A stretch of 64,000 nucleotides of DNA, from the NCBI GenBank assembly GCA_030867685.1, contig JAQOWU010000008.1:3534001-3598000 (forward strand), written 5' to 3'. A model generated the notes under the pieces. The model was not told where the DNA came from, searched no databases, and saw only the letters and a list, made by a program, of their open reading frames with translations. Of the stretch, positions 10,518-21,136 are shown in pieces (position 1 is the first letter of the stretch; the number at the start of each line of letters is the position of its first letter). Both the position numbers and the translations under genes were made by a program. This stretch comes from Wickerhamiella versatilis. Lineage: Eukaryota.

Positions 10518-10967
10518 CTATATGCTAAGTTCGCTTTGGATCTCTGATAATGCCTTGGCAAGGCGTCTATCGATATCGAGGGTGGTTCCTTCTAATTCGG
10601 CACACTCGGAACGAATTTCGTTAACCCGCGTTTGCCAATTCTGGAGGTCACGGGAATGTCTCTGATGGAGTGTCAACACATGTATGATCTCCATGCAACA
10701 ATACTGTAGAAGCAGGTGGTGTGTGTCCCCTAAATACTGAATACTTGTATCCAATCTTTTCAAGCTCATCTTTAACTTGGCTTCCTCAATAGCTACCTCC
10801 GCTTGCAGATCAGTTTTATCGAAAGGGGGAGCATGTGCCCCACCTAACTTTTCAGCATTCCTGCACATCTCACTCACTGAATCCCTATTAGCTATCACTT
10901 TCTCTTCGATCTCATTAAGAACATCAAGCAGGGCAGTAGCATCATCAAGCCCCCCCAGCACCGTCAT
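10518..10967 (-). CDS. Hypothetical 149-aa coiled-coil protein (faint SIKE/Far3-like resemblance)
   Basis: ATG-initiated ORF filling the gap between MEX67 and the V-ATPase gene; heptad pattern; family not securely recognised. Confidence 0.6.
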   Translation of the reverse strand: MTVLGGLDDATALLDVLNEIEEKVIANRDSVSEMCRNAEKLGGAHAPPFDKTDLQAEVAIEEAKLKMSLKRLDTSIQYLGDTHHLLLQYCCMEIIHVLTLHQRHSRDLQNWQTRVNEIRSECAELEGTTLDIDRRLAKALSEIQSELSI

Positions 10968-11086
10968 ATGCCCGCTGGTTACACAGGATTATATAATTTC
11001 GATGTTAAAGCTCCTTTCTTTTTCAATAGTACTAGAGCTAGGCATATATTATAGCTTTTTTTTATTTCTTAAATCTCCGCTTTATT

Positions 11087-13426
11087 TCAGCTTGAAACAT
11101 CACTAAACTTGAAGGGCTCAAATGGATATCCTTCACCAATATAAAACTTCGACATACTCTCCACCCAGTGTAGACGCAATGCATGCAGCATTGCGGATGT
11201 ACCCTCCATGAGAACAAGAACCGCTACGGTCAGCGACATCCACATGGCAAACAAGCATACCACCATTACTACCCCAAGAACACCTCTGAAGTTGAAAGCA
11301 CTCTTCAGGGTCATGGACCATAGAACTTGCGACAACTGGGCGTGAGCTAACGAAAGTGCCCATAGACGCAGATATGATGCAGTGTGAGAAACACTATTAA
11401 GGCACCACTCAATTGTAAATATGATTTGATGAATCAATATATCACCAAAAGATTCTTCTTCCTCCGATTCTTCATCATCTTCTTCCTCTTCCGAAGGATT
11501 CCCAGAATCCGCTGTTGCTGGTGCGGCTTCTTGAGCATCCGCCGCTAGAGCCTTTTGTTGAAGCTGTCGTCTTATGTATAGCGGCTTCACTAGCAGCAAC
11601 CATGGCACCGATATTAATGCCATGCTCAGCAAGAACAACTGTACCTGCTTTTGCCCAGGGTAAAGAGGAGTATCAATTTTCCCGGGAGCTAGGAACATAT
11701 TAATGACGAGATCAAGTAAAGAAGGAGGCGCCTTACCTTGAGCTGGCCAATCAACACACCACTTGTAAACAATGGCTAATGAAAGATAGCCAAATATACC
11801 CTGGTAGAAGATAGCTCCAGGAATAAAAGTGCCAATGATATCAATGGGGCTCTTAAAGTAGATGGCATTCACAAGCGAGAAAATATGTGAATAGGTCATG
11901 TGGACATATCCAACTAAAACAGAGACCTTCATTTTATATGAATTCAAGAACAGGAGGCTGTTCTCCGCGCCGTGCCAGGCAGGGTCAATTCCTATAGAAT
12001 AAACACCACGTGATACCGCTGAGATGGCCTCTCCTGCCTTGTGAGCCGGCCAGCTCCAGCCGGACTCGAAGAATGTCATCGAGAGGGAGAAAACGTCATT
12101 GTACACGAATCCAGTATACATTGAAAACAGTCCCATAAATAAAAGAACATACCTTCCATCATAGGCCATGTCGAAAATGTCACCATAGTTTGATCCGGCG
12201 AGCTTTCGCTCATTTAATACCAGAAAAGACGCCGCCAAAGCCATGATGAACCCGTGACCCAAATCACCAAACATCACCGCAAAGGTAAAAGGGAACGTAA
12301 CGACGGTTGGCAGACCAGGATTAACCTCTCTGTATGTTGCATAGGCATATACATCAACCATGGCTTGGAATCCAGCAGTAACCTTGTTGGTACGGTGGTA
12401 CGTAGGGGGCTTGCGGGTGGTGTCGAGAACCTGTACCAGTGCCGGTGATTCAACCTGTATTCTCTCACTGATAAATTTAACCGCTTGCTGAACCCGACTT
12501 ATTTCGTCAGTAGGTATCCATCCCTCACCGATTAGAATGGTATGGTTCTGGTCATAACTGAACCTATTCAGTATGCCATAAACCGCCTTTTCCTTTTCAA
12601 GAAAATCGGACCATTTCTCAACACTCTTGGCTACCTGCTCGAGCTCAAGCTCAAGTGCAGTGGTGGTGGACTTGACCACGATATCAAGCTCAGCTATCTG
12701 CACATTGACTTCATCAAGTCGGACCGCGCTGTCCTCAGCATTCACAGGATAAATGTGGCCATCCATGGCTTCCGTGATCTTCGCAGCTTTCATCTCAAGC
12801 TCACTTCCATGTGTGACAATGATGAAGACACTCTTTTCAATGAACCCTCCAGCCTTAATGTCATAGATTGGCTCAGCGACATCGCCACTTGAGACTATTA
12901 AATTACCACGCAAGGACCTCCACAGAATTCGCCGCAGAAAAGGAAGGTTATCTCTTGGGATGATGCCTGCAACAATAGCAACATCTATATTATTTTCACG
13001 TGGATGGTTGCCAAAAAAACGCTCTGCGACAGTCAGAACGTGCCTTTGCTCTATAAGCTCTGCTTGTCTGCCATCCAATTCTTCCTTTGCGAGTTCAAGC
13101 TGGCGGACCTGCTTTTCATAGTTATCAAGTGATGAAGCCACTTCGTCAACCGTACCCACGGCTTCACCGGCCCAATGAGGAGAGCTTTCGACGCCTAGTT
13201 CGCTGCACCTCGCTTTGAGGTAGCGGACCTGCCTCAAACTGGAATCGAGCGCCCTGATCTCATTCACATAAGCTCGCTGGAACGCAGAAACCTTCCTGTT
13301 CAGGTCGACAAACTGTACAGCCCCTAGGTCCCCCAGAGCAGCAACAATGTCCTTCGAAACCTCACTGGGAAAATAAAACTGAGCAAGTGACATCTCCGCG
13401 GAGCGGAAGATCGCCTCTTCTGGCAT
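11087..13426 (-). CDS. VPH1: V-type ATPase V0 subunit a (Vph1/Stv1 family)
   Basis: EAIFRSAEM, PPTYHRTNK, FPFTFAVMFGD.GHG, SHTASYLRLWALSLAH (essential Arg), LHALRLHWVE; isoform not certain. Confidence 0.9.
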   Translation of the reverse strand: MPEEAIFRSAEMSLAQFYFPSEVSKDIVAALGDLGAVQFVDLNRKVSAFQRAYVNEIRALDSSLRQVRYLKARCSELGVESSPHWAGEAVGTVDEVASSLDNYEKQVRQLELAKEELDGRQAELIEQRHVLTVAERFFGNHPRENNIDVAIVAGIIPRDNLPFLRRILWRSLRGNLIVSSGDVAEPIYDIKAGGFIEKSVFIIVTHGSELEMKAAKITEAMDGHIYPVNAEDSAVRLDEVNVQIAELDIVVKSTTTALELELEQVAKSVEKWSDFLEKEKAVYGILNRFSYDQNHTILIGEGWIPTDEISRVQQAVKFISERIQVESPALVQVLDTTRKPPTYHRTNKVTAGFQAMVDVYAYATYREVNPGLPTVVTFPFTFAVMFGDLGHGFIMALAASFLVLNERKLAGSNYGDIFDMAYDGRYVLLFMGLFSMYTGFVYNDVFSLSMTFFESGWSWPAHKAGEAISAVSRGVYSIGIDPAWHGAENSLLFLNSYKMKVSVLVGYVHMTYSHIFSLVNAIYFKSPIDIIGTFIPGAIFYQGIFGYLSLAIVYKWCVDWPAQGKAPPSLLDLVINMFLAPGKIDTPLYPGQKQVQLFLLSMALISVPWLLLVKPLYIRRQLQQKALAADAQEAAPATADSGNPSEEEEDDEESEEEESFGDILIHQIIFTIEWCLNSVSHTASYLRLWALSLAHAQLSQVLWSMTLKSAFNFRGVLGVVMVVCLFAMWMSLTVAVLVLMEGTSAMLHALRLHWVESMSKFYIGEGYPFEPFKFSDVSS

Positions 13427-13737
13427 TTTCCTTGGCTCCCGAAGTTGCTGTTTGATGAGATGACTAAACACCGCTAAAGGAGTGCGTAATACGTTTGCCG
13501 GCCCCCAGAGATGTACACGCTGTAAATGGAATTGATTCTAGATAGGTCAATTAGTTATTCTCTAGGTGGAAGTGGCTTAATTCCCATTCCTCAGAACTAA
13601 CCCTCGGTCAACCTTACCTACCTACCGTACTTTTCCTACACCACCGGGTGCTACGCCGAGAGGTTTCTAAATCTTTATTGAGAGATGAGACTCGAAAAGA
13701 AAAATAAAAAACGTACTTTTTATACATATTCTAAAAT

Positions 13738-15042
13738 TTACTCAGACTTCTGTTTTTTGAGGGGAGGCACATCTGAATTGTCACTACCGTTCACCGCCAT
13801 CTGCGGTGTACTAACGTTTCCGTGGTATTCCTTGATAACAGAATCCACATCATCAATACTAAGATGTCGGACGTCACCGAGTTTCTTGACCTTCTGAGTT
13901 AACTCCTTGCATTGATCATCGCTGAGATGGAGGTTCAACTGGTCTACCCGCGACTTGATGGCATTCCAACCGGTTAGACGATTTGCGAAGTGGATGTATC
14001 GCGAGATGCCAAAGTCCTCGGGCTTCAGGATCTCGTATGTACTTGGGTTGGCAAGAATTGCTTTAGCATGGATTCCTGCCTTGTGGGTGAATGCACAGAA
14101 ACCGGTGATGGGGTTGTTGAAGGGAATGTTAACCTCGGCCGCATTCGCTACGAGGGTCTCGATTTCCCGGATCTTACTGACTTTGTACTTCGACAAGACG
14201 TAGTCTCGGTCCGCAGCAATCATACGGGCCATGAAACCACCAAGCGGAGTGATACCATTACGCTCACCAAGTCCGAGAACAGATGTATCAATCAGCTTGG
14301 CACCACCTTCCAAGGCACAGTACGCATTGGCAATTGCACAGCCGGTGTCATTGTGGAAGTGGCACTCAATATCACAGGACACCACCGACTTAAGGGTGCG
14401 GATGAGCTCGTAGACCTGGCGAGGATTGGCGCAGCCAACCGTGTCAGCAATACCAACCCGATTAACCCCGATCTTATCAACCGTCGTGTAAATGTTAAGC
14501 AGGTCCACGAGGTCTGAGCGGAAACTGTCCTCCGAGGAGAACCGAATCTCAATACCATGGCTCTTCACAAACTCGATGACCTCAACCGCGGATTTCGCGA
14601 TGTAGTTCATGTCCTTGCCGTGGGAGTACTGGCGCAAGAACTGCGAGGTGCCAATAACAACATCCACACCGTCTACACCAGTCTCGACCGCTAGCTTCGC
14701 ATCATCCATGTGACAACGAATATGGGTCAAAATTTTGGTTCGAAGGCCGAGCTTGCAGATCGCCTCACAGTCCTTACGGCTCTGTTCACTGGCCGCTGGA
14801 GACGTCAACTCAAGATAGTCTGCACCAAAGTCATCCAGTGCCTTGGCAATCTCTATTTTGGTCTCGGTGTCGAAAAAGGCATTTGCAAACTGCTCACCTT
14901 CACGCAAGGTGGACTCAATGATTTGGAAGTTGGAAACATTGCTCAGAAAGTCTGCTGGATTGCTACCATATGGGTTCAGATTACGAGGGCCTTCCTGTCT
15001 TTCGGAAGCTCCATTGCTCTGGCTGGGTCCATCGGTCGCCAT
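13738..15042 (-). CDS. LYS21: Homocitrate synthase (lysine biosynthesis, LYS20/LYS21 family)
   Basis: [42 protein letters not shown]; terminal NLS-like PPLKKQK. Confidence 0.97.
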   Translation of the reverse strand: MATDGPSQSNGASERQEGPRNLNPYGSNPADFLSNVSNFQIIESTLREGEQFANAFFDTETKIEIAKALDDFGADYLELTSPAASEQSRKDCEAICKLGLRTKILTHIRCHMDDAKLAVETGVDGVDVVIGTSQFLRQYSHGKDMNYIAKSAVEVIEFVKSHGIEIRFSSEDSFRSDLVDLLNIYTTVDKIGVNRVGIADTVGCANPRQVYELIRTLKSVVSCDIECHFHNDTGCAIANAYCALEGGAKLIDTSVLGLGERNGITPLGGFMARMIAADRDYVLSKYKVSKIREIETLVANAAEVNIPFNNPITGFCAFTHKAGIHAKAILANPSTYEILKPEDFGISRYIHFANRLTGWNAIKSRVDQLNLHLSDDQCKELTQKVKKLGDVRHLSIDDVDSVIKEYHGNVSTPQMAVNGSDNSDVPPLKKQKSE

Positions 15043-15109
15043 CGTTGTTAGAAAATGAATTATGAAAGTTTCAGGGCGGGGTATATATGCACTAAGATCC
15101 TAGAGCCAA

Positions 15110-15224
15110 TTAGTCACACGGCAGATTTTTTTGCCCAGACTGCCATATAGAACGAAGACGATTGAGTCACTATAATGTAAGCACGATTATGCCGAAACCG
15201 GTAAGTAAATTTTAAAATGAGTCA
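15110..15224. promoter_or_regulatory. Cluster of Gcn4/AP-1-type sites upstream of homocitrate synthase
   Basis: TGAGTCA at 15163-15169 and 15218-15224, TTAGTCA at 15110-15116; TATA-like element near 15082. Confidence 0.7.
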
Positions 15225-15441
15225 CGTAGTTACGGTTTAAAAGTACCTTCTCCTTTCGCCATATGGAGGGTCATCGTGTAATGTTCAGGGTAAATATTGG
15301 ATGAAGGGGGGATTGCGGTACTAGCCACGATCACGTGGATAGCTTACAAACCAATCTCCCAAGTAATAAGATTGGACACCTCCCCCCCCCATTATATCTC
15401 AGTATAAAAAGGGGGTAGTCTCAGATAGTCATGTAAGATAA

Positions 15442-18400
15442 ATGTCGCGACTTGAGCGACTGGTGTCCCTGCTGGATACAGGGTCATCGTCATATATACG
15501 GACAGCTGCAGCAGAACAGCTCGCAGATGTGCAAAAGGCGCATCCAGATGAGCTGTTCAACCTGTTAGGTCGGATAGTACCATTTCTTCGCTCTAAGAAG
15601 TGGGATACCCGTATTGCAGCGGCAAAGGCAATAGGGCTTATCGTGGCCAACTCAGACTGGCAGCCGGATGCCAATCGACCGGTTGATAAGGAGAAGGCTG
15701 CGATACCCAATGATTGGTTGACCTTTGCCAATCTGGATGTGGATGCTATATTGGACAAGGGAACACCACTACTGGGTAGTGGTGGCCGCGAATATGACCA
15801 GCAAATGGAGGCAATGGCACCAACTGACAGAATGAAGATGCAGCAGCAAGCATTGAAAAGAAGGATTGGCATGGACTTTCTGGACGCTGACGATGTGCTG
15901 GACGATGAGCTAGTCCCTCCACCTAAGAAGGCACGATCTATTGTGAAGAAGGAGCCAACCCCGGACGCAGAAAGTGATAAGGCGCCCACCAATGCACGAA
16001 TGCGCGCATTGGCCAGACGAAAGGCCAAGTTCGGCCCTAAGAGCAATTCGACAAAGATGGTCGACGTGGCGCCGAAACCAGAGCCGAAAGACAATTCCGC
16101 GGTCGTGGTTGAGCACCGCAAGGACGAGCTTCTTGAATCCGTGGAGGCCAAGGACACGCAAACGTGGCCGTTTGAGATGCTCTGCCGTCACCTCGTTTTA
16201 GATATGTTCGAGGTTACGTGGGAAACCCGGCATGGTGCGCTATTGGGTCTCCGGGAGATTGTGCGGGAGCGGGGCTCCACTGCTGGTATGGTGTCGGGCT
16301 TAAGTGCTGAAGAAAACACGCGACGTAACGCGACATGGCTGGAGGACCTTGCGTGTCGCTTTTGCTGCCTGTTTGCACTCGATAGATTCGCAGACTACGT
16401 GGCAGACCAAGTTGTAGCTCCTGTTCGCGAGTCGTGTGCCCAAGCGATGGGTCCGTTGTTGCTACACCTGCCTATCCCGGCCATGCGCCATCTCTTCGAC
16501 ATCCTTTGCACTCTAATATTGCAGCAGAAAGCTGAAGGTGCTTGTCATGGCGGCATGATGGGCATGCGGTATCTGGTCAGTGCCCGGCCTGATTTTATTA
16601 GCGAGGATGCGGAAGCGTTTGCCCGGCTTGTTGAATGTGCCCAGCGCGGCCTTACGTCTCAAGATGATGATGTCCAGGCCTTGGCTGCTGCTGTATTGTT
16701 GCCCATAACAGGAGAATTCGTCGAGAGACGGCCCCGCGCGGAAGTTCGACAGCTCCTGGATAATATTTGGTCGAGCCTTTCCGAGGTTAAGGATGAGTTG
16801 AGCACGTCCATTGGAAAAGTTATGGATTTGCTGGCCAGGTTGTGCTCGTATCCACAGGTTCTTGATGTTATTAGGACTTCCCTATCAGATGAGAATGGCA
16901 GAATGTCGTTTTCACAGCTCGTCCCCAAACTTTATCCATTTCTGCGGCATTCTATCACTGACGTGCGTAAAGCGGTGCTTAGATCTCTTAAAACGTTCCT
17001 TGAACTTGACGATGACGAGAGTTGGGCTAATTTGACGACTTTACGGCTCGTCTTCCAGAACATAATGCTTGAGCAAAATCAGCAAGTTTTGGATCTATCG
17101 ATGGATCTATGGCATGTTCTTTTGGATTACTTTTCGAAGCAGTCAGATTATGATTCTATTTTCGCTCAATTTTGGAGCACTGCATTCCCTCTGCTCACCA
17201 CTCCTATTGGTACTGCCCGTCGGTTTTATCAAATGAATGAGAATCTTCTGGTAAAGTCGCAAGGGTCTCCATATCATGAATTAAGTGGACAAGCGGCAGA
17301 CAAGGTGAATATCGATGGGCCAATCATATCGGGAGACATACTTGTGGTCGATCCGGATGTATTTATCCGCGCTCGAGTATATGGCAGCACTGCGTTAGGA
17401 GCAGCACTATCATTGTGCACTGTTCCTTCTAACCCTGTATGCGAGATCGACAGTATATATGACTCTCCTTTGTCAAGCCAGCGTCTCATTGCGGGATTAC
17501 TTTTGAGTGAATCTGGGAACTCGTTCTCGAAGCTCAGCCCAGAGTTGAAGGAGACCACGAGGGCAAAGCTATTGTCCACGATGGAACTCTCGCGCGAAAA
17601 TATTTTCCCTATGTGGCGTGACCTGAATCCAATACTCCGAGCCGTGCGTACGCAATGCCAGTCGTTATTCTCGTTATTCGTCTCGCGAGGTGAAATTAGC
17701 GCGGGGTTGCTTCCAGCCCTTCCCCAAGCTATCGATGGCGACGGACATGCTGGCAATGATATATTCACCCTGGCGATGGCCGAAGAGATTGCGTACAAAA
17801 CGTTCTACGCTTTGAAAAAGCAGCTCTCCGACGAAGTGCAAGTGGAATTGGGTCAGGCATTGGAAGATGCTCGAATTAATCTTCTCTCATCAGTTGATGA
17901 AGCCCGCGGCTCTCTCGAGAAGCGTAACACAAGCGTAAGGGCAGCGGCAGCGGCAGCATATGTTTCAATTAGTCCAGAACTGCCCTCGAAACTTAATCCC
18001 ATCATTCGAGGCCTAATGGATGGCATTAAGAGTGAATCCAACCAGCTATTGCATGAGCGTACAGCCAAGACTGTAGCTTCTCTAGTAGCCACGCTTCTTG
18101 CTGGAAATCGTGGTGCAGCAGCAGCAAAGATTGCCAAGAACTTGAGTGCTTTCCTCTGTGTTGATGTGCATGAAGCGCCAGAATTCCCCGCTGTGTGCAC
18201 TGAGCATGATACTGTATTCTCTTTGCGAACAGAGGAACAACTTCACCAAGAGGACATACCGAGAATGTTGCAAAAAGAGCGCGAAAACCATGTGGCGTTT
18301 ATCAAGCGACAGGGTGCTTTGATGGCACTTTCGGCTATGTGCGAAGAGTTTAAAGAGGACTTATTCAACAAGCTTCCCGCTTTGCACGAACAAATGTACG

Positions 18401-20742
18401 GTTATCTTTCTAAGTACGAGGGTAGTGACGTTGACAACACCGAAGGACAAGGACTCATTGATAATATGGTGGTTGTGAAAGCGTTAATCCCTTATTTAGC
18501 ACCCGGACTTCAAATGAAAGTTTGCGATGTTTTCGACAATTTGCGAAACGCTTTGTTGGGTAAATATAGTGTCATACGTTTTGTGGCCGCGAAATGTTTT
18601 GCAAGTCTGTGTGCTAATTTGCCTACTCCCGCTATATCGTACCTTGTGCGACACGTTATACCTTCAGTATCAGATGGCACCAATATATGCGCCCGCCAAG
18701 GTGCTATAGAGTGTATTCATCACCTGATGTTGACCATGGGTGAAAAGGTGCTGCCTTACATTGTATTTTTCATTGTTCCTGTTCTCGGCCGCATGAGTGA
18801 TGTGGACCCGCAAGTGCGAATGATAGCCGCCACGACTTTTGCATCGATAATCAAGCTTGTTCCATTGGAAAGTGGTGTTGGTGATCCTCCTGATATGCCC
18901 AAAGAATTCCTTGAAGGCCGAAATAGAGAGCGTGAGTTCATCAGCCAAATGATGGACCCTACCAAAGTCAAACCTTTTGAGCTTCCAATTACTGTGCATG
19001 CCAAGCTCCGGAAGTATCAGCAAGATGGCGTTAACTGGTTGGCCTTCCTTAATAAATATCACCTACATGGTGTACTTTGCGATGATATGGGTCTCGGTAA
19101 AACTTTGCAGACGATTTGCATGGTTGCTTCTGATCATCATATGCGGGCAGAGGCTAAAGAACCTCACCTACCCTCCTTGATTATATCCCCCACGTCGTTA
19201 ACAGGCCATTGGATCCAGGAATTTGCAACATATGTCCCAACTTTGAAGACATTAGCGTACGCAGGCCCGCCTAGCCGACGCCAAGCCTTGAAATCAAAAA
19301 TTTCAAACGTGGATGTCGTTGTTATGTCCTATGAAACTGCTCGTAATGACGTAGAGCAGCTCGCGGGACAAGACTGGAACTACTGTGTTTTAGATGAAGG
19401 ACATATCATCAAGAACGCATCATCGAAATTATCCAAGGCGGTCAAGCGGTATCATTCTGAGCATAGACTTATACTGAGTGGAACACCAATTCAGAATAAC
19501 GTGCTAGAACTGTGGTCGTTGTTTGATTTCTTGATGCCTGGCTTCTTGGGAAGCGAAAAGAGCTTTAACGAGCGGTTCTCTAAACCTATATTGGCTACTG
19601 GTAGTGGAAAACCTTCCCTGAAAGAACAAGAGGCTGCAGCGTTGGCCCTGGAGGCACTTCACAAGCAGGTCTTGCCTTTTACAATGCGTCGTCTCAAGGA
19701 AGATGTATTGGACGATTTGCCGCCGAAGATTATTCAAGACTATTATTGTGATCTTAGTGACTATCAGAGGAGGCTGTATAATGAATTCACGAAGCAGCAA
19801 CGGAAGTCAGTCGAAGAAGACCTCAATGGCACCGAGCATAAATCGGCCAAGAGACATATATTCCAAGCGTTACAATATATGAGAAAACTTTGTAACCATC
19901 CAGCATTTGTTGAAAACACCAGTGATGAATTGTCTCGACGTAAGCAACCTCTAGATTTTTCCCAATCACCAAAGCTCATCGCATTACGCCAGCTCCTTCT
20001 TGACTGTGGCATTGGAGGAAAGAATGTATCAGAAGCATCTGAGGGAGCTGCTGTACCTGAAGCCGTCTCACAACATCGCGCACTAATCTTCTGCCAGCAG
20101 AGGGATATGCTTGACCTCGTTCAAAATTCACTGCTAAAACAGCATATGCCTGATGTCTCGTTTTTGCGCATGGATGGGTCAACACCTGGGCCCAAGAGGC
20201 AAGATATTGTCAATAATTTCGACAAGGATCCTTCAATCGATGCACTTTTGCTCACCACCCAGGTGGGTGGCCTAGGCCTTAATTTGACCGGTGCTGATAC
20301 TGTGATATTCGTTGAGCATGACTGGAATCCAATGAATGATCTTCAAGCAATGGACCGTGCTCATCGTATTGGCCAAAAGCGAGTAGTAAATGTTTATAGG
20401 CTGATCACTCGCGATACACTTGAGGAACGCATTATGGGCTTACAGCAATTCAAGCTTAATATTGCGTCTAGTGTTATCAACCAGCAGAATTCCGGTCTTA
20501 CTTCTATGGATGGTGACCAAATATTAGACCTCTTCACGGTGTCTAGTGATGAGGCAAGCCAGAAGGCGCCAGCCGCTAATTCCAACAATGAGGCTAATAT
20601 AGCCGAAAATGTTGAAGCAACAGGTAAAGTGGAGAAAAACAATGTTACAGGCGCCCTGGGTGAGCTCTGGGACGAATCTGAGTACACAGAGGAATACGAT
20701 CTTGACAAGTACATCCAAAACCTTAAGAAATCGAAAAAATAG
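15442..20742 (+). CDS. MOT1: TBP-associated Swi2/Snf2 ATPase Mot1
   Basis: MSRLERLVSLLDTGS, HEAT region, LCDDMGLGKTLQ, LDEGH, QAMDRAHRIGQ, LWDE.EY.EEYDL. Confidence 0.98.
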   Translation: MSRLERLVSLLDTGSSSYIRTAAAEQLADVQKAHPDELFNLLGRIVPFLRSKKWDTRIAAAKAIGLIVANSDWQPDANRPVDKEKAAIPNDWLTFANLDVDAILDKGTPLLGSGGREYDQQMEAMAPTDRMKMQQQALKRRIGMDFLDADDVLDDELVPPPKKARSIVKKEPTPDAESDKAPTNARMRALARRKAKFGPKSNSTKMVDVAPKPEPKDNSAVVVEHRKDELLESVEAKDTQTWPFEMLCRHLVLDMFEVTWETRHGALLGLREIVRERGSTAGMVSGLSAEENTRRNATWLEDLACRFCCLFALDRFADYVADQVVAPVRESCAQAMGPLLLHLPIPAMRHLFDILCTLILQQKAEGACHGGMMGMRYLVSARPDFISEDAEAFARLVECAQRGLTSQDDDVQALAAAVLLPITGEFVERRPRAEVRQLLDNIWSSLSEVKDELSTSIGKVMDLLARLCSYPQVLDVIRTSLSDENGRMSFSQLVPKLYPFLRHSITDVRKAVLRSLKTFLELDDDESWANLTTLRLVFQNIMLEQNQQVLDLSMDLWHVLLDYFSKQSDYDSIFAQFWSTAFPLLTTPIGTARRFYQMNENLLVKSQGSPYHELSGQAADKVNIDGPIISGDILVVDPDVFIRARVYGSTALGAALSLCTVPSNPVCEIDSIYDSPLSSQRLIAGLLLSESGNSFSKLSPELKETTRAKLLSTMELSRENIFPMWRDLNPILRAVRTQCQSLFSLFVSRGEISAGLLPALPQAIDGDGHAGNDIFTLAMAEEIAYKTFYALKKQLSDEVQVELGQALEDARINLLSSVDEARGSLEKRNTSVRAAAAAAYVSISPELPSKLNPIIRGLMDGIKSESNQLLHERTAKTVASLVATLLAGNRGAAAAKIAKNLSAFLCVDVHEAPEFPAVCTEHDTVFSLRTEEQLHQEDIPRMLQKERENHVAFIKRQGALMALSAMCEEFKEDLFNKLPALHEQMYGYLSKYEGSDVDNTEGQGLIDNMVVVKALIPYLAPGLQMKVCDVFDNLRNALLGKYSVIRFVAAKCFASLCANLPTPAISYLVRHVIPSVSDGTNICARQGAIECIHHLMLTMGEKVLPYIVFFIVPVLGRMSDVDPQVRMIAATTFASIIKLVPLESGVGDPPDMPKEFLEGRNREREFISQMMDPTKVKPFELPITVHAKLRKYQQDGVNWLAFLNKYHLHGVLCDDMGLGKTLQTICMVASDHHMRAEAKEPHLPSLIISPTSLTGHWIQEFATYVPTLKTLAYAGPPSRRQALKSKISNVDVVVMSYETARNDVEQLAGQDWNYCVLDEGHIIKNASSKLSKAVKRYHSEHRLILSGTPIQNNVLELWSLFDFLMPGFLGSEKSFNERFSKPILATGSGKPSLKEQEAAALALEALHKQVLPFTMRRLKEDVLDDLPPKIIQDYYCDLSDYQRRLYNEFTKQQRKSVEEDLNGTEHKSAKRHIFQALQYMRKLCNHPAFVENTSDELSRRKQPLDFSQSPKLIALRQLLLDCGIGGKNVSEASEGAAVPEAVSQHRALIFCQQRDMLDLVQNSLLKQHMPDVSFLRMDGSTPGPKRQDIVNNFDKDPSIDALLLTTQVGGLGLNLTGADTVIFVEHDWNPMNDLQAMDRAHRIGQKRVVNVYRLITRDTLEERIMGLQQFKLNIASSVINQQNSGLTSMDGDQILDLFTVSSDEASQKAPAANSNNEANIAENVEATGKVEKNNVTGALGELWDESEYTEEYDLDKYIQNLKKSKK

Positions 20743-20859
20743 ATTTCCTTTTTATGTATCAATTAGTGTCAATACAAAGTATAGAGAGAAGTTATTATCT
20801 TACTGGATATAATTATATCTAATTGTAGATGTCTGACTTTTTAGTCAGAATGTGATTTA

Positions 20860-21080
20860 GTAAATGTGTGGTGAGGTGTCTGGCGGTTTGGTGATTACGC
20901 ATGATAGGGGCATCTCCATTATGCCGACGGTCCCGGCACCGATATGCACCCCCAGAGCCCATTGCATGCCCATTTTGCAAGCAGGAAGTTTTGCGCGATC
21001 CTGCTGCACGGAGCACTTATTTATCTGAGAGACGAGGAGCACGTTGCCTCACAAAAGCTCGGGGCGAGAAGAGGCAATTA
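20860..21080. ncRNA. Candidate structured non-coding RNA of unknown class
   Basis: GC-rich island in an AT-rich convergent intergenic gap with several stem-loops; G-U pairs favour the minus strand; no family signature confirmed. Confidence 0.35.
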
Positions 21081-21136
21081 TTATAATTCCCTAATATACC
21101 ACAGAAGATTTGCATTAATTAGATTTAGTTCGTATT

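Noticed and set aside
13535..13620. Possible 5'-UTR intron of the V-ATPase gene (GTAAGG..ACTAAT..TAG on the minus strand)
   Set aside because: Weak signals compared with the DPM2 intron; cannot be supported without RNA data
20998..21040. ATCCTGCTGCACGG resembling the U4 snRNA 5' end
   Set aside because: Does not match conserved U6 pairing; no kink-turn stem or Sm site
20901..21086. 61-aa ORF with CPFC, loosely like an Rpb12 zinc ribbon
   Set aside because: Only one CxxC pair and no Rpb12 C-terminal motif; all frames here give short non-conserved-looking ORFs. Not fully excluded
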